NCBI GenBank assembly: GCA_963790305.1
Contig: CAWBOC010000009.1
Location: 768,001 to 832,000 of the forward strand
Source: an uncultured Gemmatimonadaceae bacterium
Lineage (GTDB): Bacteria > Gemmatimonadota > Gemmatimonadetes > Gemmatimonadales > Gemmatimonadaceae
Reading direction: 5' to 3'
DNA: 64,000 bases
Program-made: the position numbers and the translations under genes
Part shown: positions 11,596 to 20,764 of the stretch, in pieces
Numbering within the stretch: position 1 is the stretch's first letter
Layout: each line of letters starts with the position of its first letter
Notes under the pieces: generated by a model
The model's database searches: none
Told to the model about the DNA's origin: nothing
The model's input: only the letters and a program-made list of their open reading frames with translations

Positions 11596-12732
11596 ATGGC
11601 CACATTCCTTCGAACGGTCGAGAGCTTCGTTCAGGGCGCGCGCACAATGCCGCAGCGCTATTACGTGGGCGAGGAGGTGTTCGCTCTCGAGCAGGACCGC
11701 ATCTTCGCGCGGTCCTGGCTCTGCATCGGACGCAGCGCCGAGCTGGCCGAGCCGGGCGCATACAAGCTGCAGGCGATCGGGGCGGACAGCGTAATCATCC
11801 TGCGCGAGAAGAGCGGCGCGCTGCGCGCCTTTCATAACGTGTGTCGCCATCGCGGGACGCGTCTGTGCGAAGCAGAGCGCGGGACGCTTCGCGAGACGAT
11901 TCAGTGTCCCTACCACGCCTGGACCTATGCGCTCGACGGGCGCCTCATCGGCGCGCCGCACATGCAGGAGGTCGCGGGGTTCGACAAGAAGGAGTATTCC
12001 CTCGTCGGCGTCGCGCTCGAGGAGTGGGAGGGCTTCGTCTTCATCAACATGGCGCCGAACCCGGAGCCATTCGAAAAGGTGTACGGGCCATTGCTTGGGC
12101 GCTTCGCCCGCTTCAACCTGGCGGGGCTGAAGGTCGCCAGACGCATCGAGTACACCGTGAAGTCGAACTGGAAGCTCGTGCTCCAGAACTACAACGAGTG
12201 CCTGCACTGCCCGACCATTCATCCGCAGCTCTCGCGTGTGCTTCCCTACACGAGCGGCGCCAACGATCTCACCGCGGGACCCTTCCTCGGCGGCTTCATG
12301 GAGATTGCGCCTCCGCACGTCAGTGCGACGATGAGCGGGCGGGCGTGCGGGCTGCCGATCGGGACGCTTCCGGAGGAGGACCAGCGCCGCGCGTACTACT
12401 ACAGCCTGTTCCCGGCCTGGATGCTCAGCATCCACCCGGACTACGTCGTGTACTACATGGTGTGGCCGCAGTCGCCGAGCGAAACGAAGATCATCTCGGA
12501 GTGGATGTTCCATCCCGACACGATCGCGCGCCCTGACTTCGACCCGTCGGATGCGGTCGAGTTCTGGGATGTCACGAACACCCAGGATTGGCACATCTGC
12601 GAGCTGAGCCATGCCGGGATCGCGTCGCGGGCGTACGTCCCGGGCCCGTACTCTCCGAGGGAGAGTGTTCCGGCTGCGTGGGACAGGGAGTATCTCGGCC
12701 GGATGAGTGACGCGGGTGGACCGCGGGCTTAG
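11596..12732 (+). CDS. Rieske oxygenase alpha subunit (choline monooxygenase/GbcA-like group)
   Basis: Rieske ligands CRHRG...CPYHAW; mononuclear iron site NYNECLHCPTIH. Confidence 0.88.
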   Translation: MATFLRTVESFVQGARTMPQRYYVGEEVFALEQDRIFARSWLCIGRSAELAEPGAYKLQAIGADSVIILREKSGALRAFHNVCRHRGTRLCEAERGTLRETIQCPYHAWTYALDGRLIGAPHMQEVAGFDKKEYSLVGVALEEWEGFVFINMAPNPEPFEKVYGPLLGRFARFNLAGLKVARRIEYTVKSNWKLVLQNYNECLHCPTIHPQLSRVLPYTSGANDLTAGPFLGGFMEIAPPHVSATMSGRACGLPIGTLPEEDQRRAYYYSLFPAWMLSIHPDYVVYYMVWPQSPSETKIISEWMFHPDTIARPDFDPSDAVEFWDVTNTQDWHICELSHAGIASRAYVPGPYSPRESVPAAWDREYLGRMSDAGGPRA

Positions 12733-12739
12733 AGGTTCA

Positions 12740-12854
12740 ACGGCAAAGATGTCAGATGTCAGAATACAGATTTCAGAGTTCAGACTGCTCGGGTCCTGGG
12801 CCTGCGAGTTCTGAATTCTGAATTCTGTATTCTGACATCTGACATCTTTGCCGT
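12740..12854. repeat. Inverted tandem-repeat element, 7-mer family 2 (TCAGA core)
   Basis: Perfect 31-bp terminal inverted repeat acggcaaagatgtcagatgtcagaatacaga / tctgtattctgacatctgacatctttgccgt. Confidence 0.95.
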
Positions 12855-12870
12855 GGCCAGCCTTCCGTTT

Positions 12871-12899
12871 TTGCGGTTTGTGACCCCAACTCGTATACT
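12871..12899 (+). promoter_or_regulatory. Putative sigma70 promoter of the M16 protease
   Basis: TTGCGG-17 nt-TATACT, followed by an AGGAG RBS before ATG 12927. Confidence 0.65.
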
Positions 12900-12926
12900 C
12901 TTTTCCCCCGCAGAAGGAGTGCAACG

Positions 12927-15689
12927 ATGCACTTTCGTCTTGTCCCTCTGATGGCGCTGGCCGTAGCCCTAGGTCCGCAGATCCTGGCTCAAGCGCGCCC
13001 GGCCAATCAGGGCATTCCCGACATCAGGTACGAGAAGTTCGTCCTCCCCAACGGGCTCACCGTGATCGTGCACGAGGATCACAAGGCGCCCATCGTCGCG
13101 GTCAACCTGTGGTATCACGTCGGCTCGAAGAACGAGAAGCTCGGACGAACTGGCTTCGCGCACCTGTTCGAGCACCTCATGTTCAACGGGTCGGAGCACT
13201 ATAACGACGACTACTTCAAGCCGCTCGAGAAGGTCGGCGCCACCGACCTCAACGGCACCACCAACTTCGACCGGACGAACTACTTCCAGAACGTCCCGAC
13301 GTCGGCGCTCGACCTCGTGCTGTTCCTCGAGTCCGACCGCATGGGGCACCTGTTAGGCGCGATCGATCAGCCGCGGCTCGACGAGCAGCGCGGCGTCGTG
13401 CAGAATGAAAAGCGACAGGGAGAGAATCAGCCCTACGGCAAGGCGTTCTCGAACATCGTCGAGAACACGTATCCGCGCGGGCATCCGTACTCCTGGTCGG
13501 TGATCGGGTCGATGGAGGATCTGAGCGCCGCCGCTCTCGCGGACGTCCAGGACTGGTTCAAGTCGTACTACGGGCCGAACAACGCCGTCATTGTGATTGC
13601 GGGCGACATCGACGCCGCGACCGCGCGTCAGAAGGTGGAGAAATACTTCGGCGCCATCCCGCCCAGCCCGCCGATCGCGAAGCAGGACAAGTGGGTCGCG
13701 AAGATGACCGGCACCCACCGCGGCATGATGCAGGACCGCGTGCCGCAGGCGCGTATCTACAAGATCTGGAACGTTCCGGAATGGGGATCGCCGGAAGCCG
13801 ACCACCTCAGCCTCGTCGCCAACGTCCTGGCCGACGGCAAGAGCTCTCGATTCTACAAGAGACTCGTCTACGACGACCGCATCGCCACCGATGTGCAGGC
13901 GTTCGTCTTCCAGAAGGAGATCGGCAGCCAGTTCTTCATCCAGGCACGCCCGCAGCCCGGTGGCGATCTCGCCGCGGTGGAGCGCGCGATCGACGAGGAG
14001 CTGGCGCGATTCATCGCGGAAGGTCCGACGCCCGCCGAGCTGCAGCGGGTGAAGACGCAATTCCGGTCGAACTTCATTCGTGGGGCCGAGCGCATCGGCG
14101 GCTTCGGTGGAAAGTCCGACATTCTGGCGACGAACATGGTGTACGCGGGGAATCCCGAGCACTATCGCGTCACCCTTCAACGGGTCGCCAGTGCCACCGC
14201 CGCGCAGCTGCGGGCCGCGGCGCGCGACTGGCTCTCCGATGGCGTCTACGCGCTCGAAGTGCATCCCTATCCACAGCTTCAGGCCTCCAGCAGGCCGCTC
14301 GATCGCTCGAAGCTGCCCGATGTCGCTGCGCCCCCGGCGCCGAAGTTCCCGACGATCGCGACGGCGACACTGTCCAATGGGCTCAAGGTGTATCTGGCCG
14401 AGCGCAGTGACGTCCCACTCGTGAACTTCAACCTGATGATCGACGCGGGCTATGCGGCCGACCGGACGGGAGTGCTCGGCACGGCCAGTCTCGCCATGAA
14501 CATGATGGACGAAGGCACGAAGACTCGCTCAGCCCTCCAGATCAGCGACGCGCTCCAGCGCCTTGGAGCTCAGCTTGGGACGGGATCGGACGTCGACATG
14601 TCGACGGTCACCCTGTCGACGCTCAAGGCGAACATGGATTCGTCGCTGCAGATCTTTGCCGACGTCGCCCTCAACCCCAGCTTCCCGCAGAGCGACTTCG
14701 AACGGCTTCGCAAGCTCCAGCTGGCGCAGATCCAGCGGGAGAAGGTGACGCCGGTGCAGATGGCCCTGCGCGTGTTCCCGGTGCTGCTCTATGGCAGCGG
14801 ACACGCCTACGGCATCCCGCTCACCGGATCGGGGACCGAGGAGTCGGTGACACGGCTGACGACGGCCGACCTCGCGAGCTTCCACCGGACATGGTTCAAG
14901 CCGAACAATGCGTCGCTCATCGTCGTCGGAGCGACGACGCTCGCCGAGATCACGCCGAAGCTCGAGCGTCTGTTCGGCCGTTGGCAACGTGGTGACGTGC
15001 CTCGCAAGAACATTGGCGAGGTCGCGCATCAACCGCGCTCGGCGGTGTATCTGATCGATCGCCCGGGATCCGAGCAATCGATCATCTTCGCCGGCCATGT
15101 CGCGCCCCCCAAGGCCAATCCCGCCGAGATCGCGATCATCACGATGAACGACATCCTGGGCGGAAGCTTCACCTCTCGCGTGAACATGAACCTGCGTGAA
15201 GGGAAGCACTGGTCGTACGGGGCCTTCAGCCTGCTGTTCGACGCGCGCGGGCAGCGCCCGTTCATTGTCTACGCGCCGGTGCAAACGGACAAGACGAAGG
15301 AGTCGTTGGCGGAGGTAGTCAGCGAGCTGCGCGGCATCGTCCGTGACAAGCCGGTCACTCCGGAGGAGCTTGCCAAAGCGCAGGCGAATCTGACGCTGAG
15401 CCTTCCCGGCCAGTGGGAAACAATCGGAGCGGTCGGCGGCTCGATCGCCGAGATCGTGCGCTTCGATCTGCCTCACGACTACTACGACACGTTCTCCTCG
15501 AAGGTACGTGAGCTGAAGGTGGCCGACCTGGCGAACGTCGCGCGCGAAACGGTGCAACCGGACAAGCTGGTGTGGGTGGTGGTCGGTGATCGCGCAAAGA
15601 TCGAGGCGGGAATTCGTGAGCTGAATCTGGGACCGTTGCAGTTCCTCGACGCGGATGGCAAGCCGGCGCAGATGGCCGAGGTGCCTTAG
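12927..15689 (+). CDS. M16 family zinc protease (pitrilysin/PqqL-like), secreted
   Basis: Signal peptide; GFAHLFEH (HxxEH) motif; second M16 half lacks HxxEH. Confidence 0.92.
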   Translation: MHFRLVPLMALAVALGPQILAQARPANQGIPDIRYEKFVLPNGLTVIVHEDHKAPIVAVNLWYHVGSKNEKLGRTGFAHLFEHLMFNGSEHYNDDYFKPLEKVGATDLNGTTNFDRTNYFQNVPTSALDLVLFLESDRMGHLLGAIDQPRLDEQRGVVQNEKRQGENQPYGKAFSNIVENTYPRGHPYSWSVIGSMEDLSAAALADVQDWFKSYYGPNNAVIVIAGDIDAATARQKVEKYFGAIPPSPPIAKQDKWVAKMTGTHRGMMQDRVPQARIYKIWNVPEWGSPEADHLSLVANVLADGKSSRFYKRLVYDDRIATDVQAFVFQKEIGSQFFIQARPQPGGDLAAVERAIDEELARFIAEGPTPAELQRVKTQFRSNFIRGAERIGGFGGKSDILATNMVYAGNPEHYRVTLQRVASATAAQLRAAARDWLSDGVYALEVHPYPQLQASSRPLDRSKLPDVAAPPAPKFPTIATATLSNGLKVYLAERSDVPLVNFNLMIDAGYAADRTGVLGTASLAMNMMDEGTKTRSALQISDALQRLGAQLGTGSDVDMSTVTLSTLKANMDSSLQIFADVALNPSFPQSDFERLRKLQLAQIQREKVTPVQMALRVFPVLLYGSGHAYGIPLTGSGTEESVTRLTTADLASFHRTWFKPNNASLIVVGATTLAEITPKLERLFGRWQRGDVPRKNIGEVAHQPRSAVYLIDRPGSEQSIIFAGHVAPPKANPAEIAIITMNDILGGSFTSRVNMNLREGKHWSYGAFSLLFDARGQRPFIVYAPVQTDKTKESLAEVVSELRGIVRDKPVTPEELAKAQANLTLSLPGQWETIGAVGGSIAEIVRFDLPHDYYDTFSSKVRELKVADLANVARETVQPDKLVWVVVGDRAKIEAGIRELNLGPLQFLDADGKPAQMAEVP

Positions 15690-15697
15690 CCTTAGGA

Positions 15698-15809
15698 ACG
15701 GCAAAGATGTCAGATGTCAGAATACAGAATTCAGAATTCAGAGTGCCCGGATCCTGGGCCGGCGAAATCTGAATTCTGAAATCTGTATTCTGATATCTGA
15801 CATCTTTGC
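15698..15809. repeat. Inverted tandem-repeat element, family 2
   Basis: acggcaaagatgtcagatgtcagaatacaga...tctgtattctgatatctgacatctttgc; near-copy of 12740-12854 including the spacer. Confidence 0.95.
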
Positions 15810-15820
15810 TTTTACTCGAA

Positions 15821-16210
15821 ATGATAAAGACTTACGGCCTTACTCACCTTGCGATCGGAGTAGAAGATCCCGAGCGAGCTCTGCTCTTTTATCAGAAAGT
15901 TCTCGGGGTGATCCCCGTCTACAAGGAGAAGGATTTCATTCAGGCGCAAACGCCCGGCAGCCGCGACGTGCTTGTGTTTCAGAAAACGAAACGGCGGGCG
16001 CGCTCGTCAGGCTCGATCGCGCATTTCGGATTTCGTCTCGTCGACCCCGCGGACATCCTCGGCGCTGTACGTGCCGTCGAGCAGGCGGGCGGCAGTGTAC
16101 TCGATCAGGGCGAATTCTGCCCGGGCGAGCCGTACGTGTTCTTCCGCGACCTCGACGGCTACGAGGTCGAGATCTGGTACGAGATCCCTACCCCGGTCGA
16201 CCCTACTTAG
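15821..16210 (+). CDS. VOC (glyoxalase/bleomycin resistance) family protein
   Basis: GLTHLAIGV...FYQKVLG...AHFGF...FFRDLDGYEVEI. Confidence 0.85.
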   Translation: MIKTYGLTHLAIGVEDPERALLFYQKVLGVIPVYKEKDFIQAQTPGSRDVLVFQKTKRRARSSGSIAHFGFRLVDPADILGAVRAVEQAGGSVLDQGEFCPGEPYVFFRDLDGYEVEIWYEIPTPVDPT

Positions 16211-17135
16211 TCTCGGTCGTTCCCGCCGCGGGGCCGGTGACGCGCTTCTTCTGCTCCACGACCTTCGCCGCCCCCGCTTCCGGGCGGATCCCCCCGCCGA
16301 ACTTGACGGCCCACGCCTGCGTGAACTCCGCGCCGAAGAGCACGATATGCGAGGCGTAGTAGATCCAGATGAGGATCACCGCCAGCGTGCCCGCTGAGCC
16401 GAAGGAGCTGCCGGGATCGCTGCGTCCGAGGTAGAACCCGATCAGGAACTTGCCGATCACGAAGAGAATCGTGGTCACGATCGCGCCGACCCACACGTCG
16501 CGCCACGCAACCTCGGCGTCGGGAAGAACCTTGAACATCGCCGCGAAGAGAAGTGTCACGACAATGAACGCGAAGGCGAACTCGAGGACGAGCATCACCG
16601 ACTCGTTGATTCCTCCGCCGTACCGTTCGCTGAGCGCGGTGATCGCCGCGGTGATCGCGAGCGAAACGATCAGGAGAAACACGATGCCGAGAATGAGACC
16701 CAGCGAAAAGACGCGCTTGGTGATGAAGTTCCGTATCCCTCCCTGCGACGGATCGGGCTCGACATGCCACGCCGTATTCAGTGCTCCCTGCAGCTGAAGG
16801 AAGGCGCCTGTCGCACCGAAGGCGAGCATGCCGAGGCCGGCAATCGTCGCCATGGGGCCCTGTCCTCCCGTCGGGTCCTTGTGCGCCACCATCGTCAGGA
16901 CCTCCCGGGACGCCTGCTCGCCCATGAGATCCCTGATCTGATATCCGATCGCGTTCTGAACCTCCTGAGGATTCCAGATTATCCCGGCCAGCAGGAGAAG
17001 CAGCGCGATCAGCGGCGCAAGCGCGAAGACCGTATAATAGGACAACGCAGCGGCGAGCCGCGGGCAGTCATCGCGGAAGAATTTCTTTCCCGATTCCTTG
17101 AACAGCTCGAGCACATCCCGCGGACGGATCTTCAT
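16203..17135 (-). CDS. YihY/virulence factor BrkB family membrane protein
   Basis: AAALSYYTVFALAP; multiple TM helices; GSSFGSAGTL..IWIYY...FGAEF. Confidence 0.9.
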   Translation of the reverse strand: MKIRPRDVLELFKESGKKFFRDDCPRLAAALSYYTVFALAPLIALLLLLAGIIWNPQEVQNAIGYQIRDLMGEQASREVLTMVAHKDPTGGQGPMATIAGLGMLAFGATGAFLQLQGALNTAWHVEPDPSQGGIRNFITKRVFSLGLILGIVFLLIVSLAITAAITALSERYGGGINESVMLVLEFAFAFIVVTLLFAAMFKVLPDAEVAWRDVWVGAIVTTILFVIGKFLIGFYLGRSDPGSSFGSAGTLAVILIWIYYASHIVLFGAEFTQAWAVKFGGGIRPEAGAAKVVEQKKRVTGPAAGTTETK

Positions 17136-17180
17136 GACAGCTCCTGTGACGTCGGTCACAGGGGAGGCAAGGCAAAGTCG

Positions 17181-17534
17181 ATGCCCGTCCAACGCGATTA
17201 CATATTACGCCTCCTTGAGCAGGCAGCAGCCGTCGTGCGACGACTGCGCGAGCTGCTCAGCGCTGGCACCGGGGAGCCCGTAGTGATGGTTGATGAGGCG
17301 CGTGCCGCGCAGGCCGCGCTCTTCGGCAATTCGTGGCCGCTCCTTCAACAGGTGAACGTGCCCACGGCGACCGCTCTCGTGCGCGACCCCCGTCAGCTGG
17401 CGGTGTGGGCCGATCTTCTGCGAGTGGAAGCGCAGGCAACCCGCGCTATTGGTGATGAAAAGCGCGCCAGCTACCTCGAATCGCGAGCCGAGGAAATCGG
17501 GACGGCCGCGGTCCGTACCGCGCAGGCGCAGTAG
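17181..17534 (+). CDS. Hypothetical helical protein
   Basis: MPVQRDYILRLLEQ...; fills the gap between divergent yihY and the M23 peptidase. Confidence 0.6.
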   Translation: MPVQRDYILRLLEQAAAVVRRLRELLSAGTGEPVVMVDEARAAQAALFGNSWPLLQQVNVPTATALVRDPRQLAVWADLLRVEAQATRAIGDEKRASYLESRAEEIGTAAVRTAQAQ

Positions 17535-17539
17535 ACTGC

Positions 17540-18214
17540 ATGGGAGCCGTCGCATTGCATCGCGGAATGCTCGTGCTTGGGCTGATTGCGTGTCGTGTCA
17601 TTCCCGAGCAGGAAGAGGGTCGCGTCGATACCAGCGCGCACGCCGACACGCAGACGATCGATCTCGCCGCTCCCCCACGCGAGCCTCCAGCTCTCGCCGA
17701 CACGCTCACCGCGCTCGACAACGCCGACTCGATTCGCCGGGACACGACGAACCCGCCCGTTCCGCAGGATGCGGAGCTGAGCGCGCTTGCAAAGACGCTG
17801 ACGATCCCCGTCGTCGGTGTGAAATCGGAAGATCTGCTGGATACGTTCAACGAGAAGCGCGGGGAGCGACGTCACGACGCACTCGACATTCCTGCGCCTC
17901 GCGGGACGCCCGTGCTCGCGGCGACCAACGGTCGTGTACTGCGGCTCTTCACGAGCGCGCGCGGCGGCTTGATGATCTACACCGCCGACTCGACGGAGCG
18001 CTTCGTACTGATGTACGCGCACCTCGACGGCTACGCCGACGGCGTCAGCGATAACGGCCCGCTCCGTCGCGGTCAGGTGATCGGCTATGTCGGGACGACG
18101 GGGAATGCGCCACCGAACGTGCCGCACCTGCACTTCGCGATCGCCCGTTCATCGGACGTCTCGCGTTGGTGGGAGGGGACGCCGGTGGATCCGTTGCCGT
18201 TACTGCGGAGGTAG
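17540..18214 (+). CDS. M23 family metallopeptidase (probable lipoprotein)
   Basis: HDALD (HxxxD), YAHL, PHLHF motifs; LIAC lipobox-like sequence. Confidence 0.88.
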   Translation: MGAVALHRGMLVLGLIACRVIPEQEEGRVDTSAHADTQTIDLAAPPREPPALADTLTALDNADSIRRDTTNPPVPQDAELSALAKTLTIPVVGVKSEDLLDTFNEKRGERRHDALDIPAPRGTPVLAATNGRVLRLFTSARGGLMIYTADSTERFVLMYAHLDGYADGVSDNGPLRRGQVIGYVGTTGNAPPNVPHLHFAIARSSDVSRWWEGTPVDPLPLLRR

Positions 18215-18296
18215 TCGAGGTGGTCCAGGCAGTCGAGGTGATCAACGTGAAGGCGCCTCGATCACGTCGACATCCTCGAAAACCTCGACAACCTTC
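18208..18296. repeat. Inverted tandem-repeat element, family 1, between convergent genes
   Basis: gtagtcgaggtggtccaggcagtcgaggtgatc...gatcacgtcgacatcctcgaaaacctcgacaacc; contains the M23 stop codon. Confidence 0.85.
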
Positions 18297-18297
18297 G

Positions 18298-18792
18298 CTA
18301 TCGGGTGTTCCGGATCTCGCGAAGAATCTCGCGCGGCGAATACCCGGGGCAGAACCACTGGGTGGTCGTCGCGGCAGCAGAGATCGACAGGTGCCCGGTC
18401 CTCGGCAGCACCTGCATCGCGCCGACGGTGAGTCCCCAGAGTACGATGACGAGGGAGAGCGCGTGGCAGCGGGCCATGCGGGTGCGCCAGGTCCACTGCA
18501 CCGACCACAGGCCGCCGACCATCACGACTACCGAGGCTCCGAGGAACCAGAACAGTCCCGAGCCGCAGTCGCGCGCGTAAGGCCAGAAGTAGATGCCGAC
18601 GGCAACAGCGAGTGAGAGACCGATGCGGAGCATCGCGCCGTTGGTCAGCTCTTCGGGGGAGAGCGGGGTGGCGGCGAGCCCATTGGCGGAAATACGACCC
18701 GGCTTGCCTGTGGCGCCGTGCGTGTCGTACTCGCGCTCGATCTTCTTGAGCTCGGCCTTCCAGTTAATGATGTCTGTCACGGGTGGCTCCAT
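18298..18792 (-). CDS. Hypothetical membrane protein
   Basis: INWKAELKKIEREYD N-terminus and three hydrophobic segments; start uncertain. Confidence 0.65.
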   Translation of the reverse strand: MEPPVTDIINWKAELKKIEREYDTHGATGKPGRISANGLAATPLSPEELTNGAMLRIGLSLAVAVGIYFWPYARDCGSGLFWFLGASVVVMVGGLWSVQWTWRTRMARCHALSLVIVLWGLTVGAMQVLPRTGHLSISAAATTTQWFCPGYSPREILREIRNTR

Positions 18793-18948
18793 AGGCGTAA
18801 CGACCCTGCACAGGTGAGACGGGGCAGCGGCGCGCAGGGCAACGCCCTTCTTGACGGCTCCTCTTCGGTCGACCGTATGGTCGTTTCCCGGCGACCCGAA
18901 CACGCGCCAAATTGCGGGGTATTTCGTGGACCTTTCACCTGACGAAAC

Positions 18949-19677
18949 GTGACGACCGACCGAACGATTGTAGGAACCGCCATTCTCGCCGTGGGCCTCG
19001 TGCTGGCGGGATTGCTCGTGGGCGGCGGGTTCGCGAAGGGGCGCGACGCCGATCACTTCGTCACCGTGAAGGGAGTCTCCGAGCGCGAAGCACGAGCCGA
19101 CCTCGCGATCTGGCCGCTCGCCATCGTCGCCGCCGACAATGACCTGAGCCGCGCGCACGCGAGCCTGCTGCGCAGCGTGCGTGAGATCAAGACGTTCCTC
19201 GCCCGCAACCAGCTCGACACCACCGAGCTCACGCTCCAGCAGTTCGTCGTTTCCGACGCGCTCACGAACCAGTACGGCGGTGGGAACGTGACGACGCGAT
19301 TCGTGATCCGGCAGACGGTCGTCGTTCGCTCGACGCAGCCCGAACGCGTGGCGGCGGCAAGCCAGCGCGTGGGAGAGCTGGTGAGCGCAGGCGTCGTGCT
19401 CTCGTCAGGCGGCGAGTATGGGCCGGGTGGGCCGACCTACGTCTTCACCAAGCTCAACGACCTGAAGCCGCCGATGATCGCCGAGGCGACGGCGCGCGCC
19501 CGCGAGGCGGCCGAGCAGTTCGCTCGCGACGCGCGCAGCGAGCTTGGCGGCATTCGACGGGCGAACCAGGGGATCTTCGAGATCCTCCCCCGCGACCAGG
19601 CGCCGGGCATCTTCGAAGGGAACCAGATTCTGAAGACGGTGCGCGTGGTGTCGACGATCGAGTATCTGCTGGATTGA
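18949..19677 (+). CDS. SIMPL (DUF541) domain protein
   Basis: VTVKGVSEREARADLAIWP...IRRANQG...KTVRVVSTIEY. Confidence 0.85.
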   Translation: MTTDRTIVGTAILAVGLVLAGLLVGGGFAKGRDADHFVTVKGVSEREARADLAIWPLAIVAADNDLSRAHASLLRSVREIKTFLARNQLDTTELTLQQFVVSDALTNQYGGGNVTTRFVIRQTVVVRSTQPERVAAASQRVGELVSAGVVLSSGGEYGPGGPTYVFTKLNDLKPPMIAEATARAREAAEQFARDARSELGGIRRANQGIFEILPRDQAPGIFEGNQILKTVRVVSTIEYLLD

Positions 19678-20218
19678 GGCGCTAGAGGCGCTAAAGGCGC
19701 TAAAGGCGCTAACCACCGCGCGGTAGCAGACTCTGTTGCAGGCGGTACAAAAGAAAGCCGGTTCGTCGGGCCGCGTCCGCTGCCGCCTCAATCGCCGTTT
19801 CAGGGAGGTACTCGAGCAGCGTGATCGCTTCGAGGTGCGTCTCCAGCTCGCGCAGTGACCCTGACGCGATAGAGAGATGGCGAAGGTAATCCCCACGCGT
19901 GGAACGCCCGAACCCTTCAGCGATGTTGGCCGGAACCGAGACGGCGGCGCGTCGCAGTTGTGCAGCCAATCCGTATCGTTCCGATCCGGAAGCTGGCGAG
20001 CGACTCGATAGACTTCCACGAGCAGCAGCATGGTGTTCCGCCACGTGACGAGGTCACGGTGCGTCTTGTGCGACGGGCGGGAGCCAGACTGCTGTTGAGC
20101 GATCACGCCGGAGTATGAGGCCCTTTCGCGGACGAGATAGCATCGTTCAATCTCCAGCCGTACCTCCTCGGCGCAGCGCCTCTAGCGCCTCTAGCGCCTC
20201 TAGCACCTCTAGCGCTTT
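19676..20218. mobile_element. Putative element: four-helix-bundle gene enclosed by inverted arrays of the 9-mer (G/A)AGGCGCTA (family 3)
   Basis: Left arm of 4 units at 19676-19711; right arm of 5 reverse-complement units at 20174-20218; a single cargo gene lies between. Mobility is inferred, not shown. Confidence 0.55.
19709..20106 (-). CDS. Four-helix-bundle protein (23S rRNA intervening-sequence protein / Avd-like), one-base frameshift near 19985
   Basis: [25 protein letters not shown] in one frame continues as [47 protein letters not shown] in the next. Confidence 0.88.
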
Positions 20219-20329
20219 CGACGTCAGGAAATTGTCGAGTCATCATCAACCGCGCGTCGGCGATCTTTGGCGCTGGACACTCTCGCTCCACACGCTTATC
20301 ACTTGAGAACTAGGCCTCCAGCCCCACGC

Positions 20330-20764
20330 ATGCGCAAACGACTCATTCTCTCGCTCATCACGCTCGCGGTCGCCGCGCCGTCGATCGGTGCCGCGCAAAA
20401 CGGGAAAGGTCCGCCGCCCGTGCCCAAGCGCGACACCGTCGCGGTGGCACTCGTCTCCACGGATTCCGTGGCGGCAGGCCAGGTCGAGAGGGTCGTTCGC
20501 GGACGACATCGTGAAGTGCAGTTCTGCTTCGAGGAGAGCGGACTCAAGACCGATCCCGAGCTGTCAGGCACGTTCGCGATGGTGATTAGCCTCGATACGC
20601 TCGGAACCGTGTCGCGCGTCGATCCGTCGTGGCGCGAGTGGAGCGGGCCTGACGGCACCGCTGTCGAGGCGTGCGTGATGCAGCGCGCGCTCACGTGGAA
20701 GTTTCCCGCGTACCTCGCCGTGGCCACGCCGCGGCACGAGGTCACCTTTCAGTTCTCGCGATAG
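20330..20764 (+). CDS. Secreted protein with AgmX/PglI (TonB C-terminal-like) domain
   Basis: Signal peptide; VQFCFEESGLKTDPELSG...VEACV...WKFP pattern. Confidence 0.65.
   Translation: MRKRLILSLITLAVAAPSIGAAQNGKGPPPVPKRDTVAVALVSTDSVAAGQVERVVRGRHREVQFCFEESGLKTDPELSGTFAMVISLDTLGTVSRVDPSWREWSGPDGTAVEACVMQRALTWKFPAYLAVATPRHEVTFQFSR

Noticed and set aside
11389..16359. Similar peptides KDVRCQNTEFRIQ in ORFs 11389-12924(-) and 15655-16359(+)
   Set aside because: They are translations of the family 2 repeat arms, not a protein family.
18810..18941. Possible structured ncRNA bounded by caggtga/tcacctg
   Set aside because: Only a 7-bp terminal pairing and no recognisable family; it is more simply a divergent promoter region.
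19709..20106. Diversity-generating retroelement (because of the Avd-like gene)
   Set aside because: No reverse transcriptase and no TR/VR pair differing at adenines is visible in the window.
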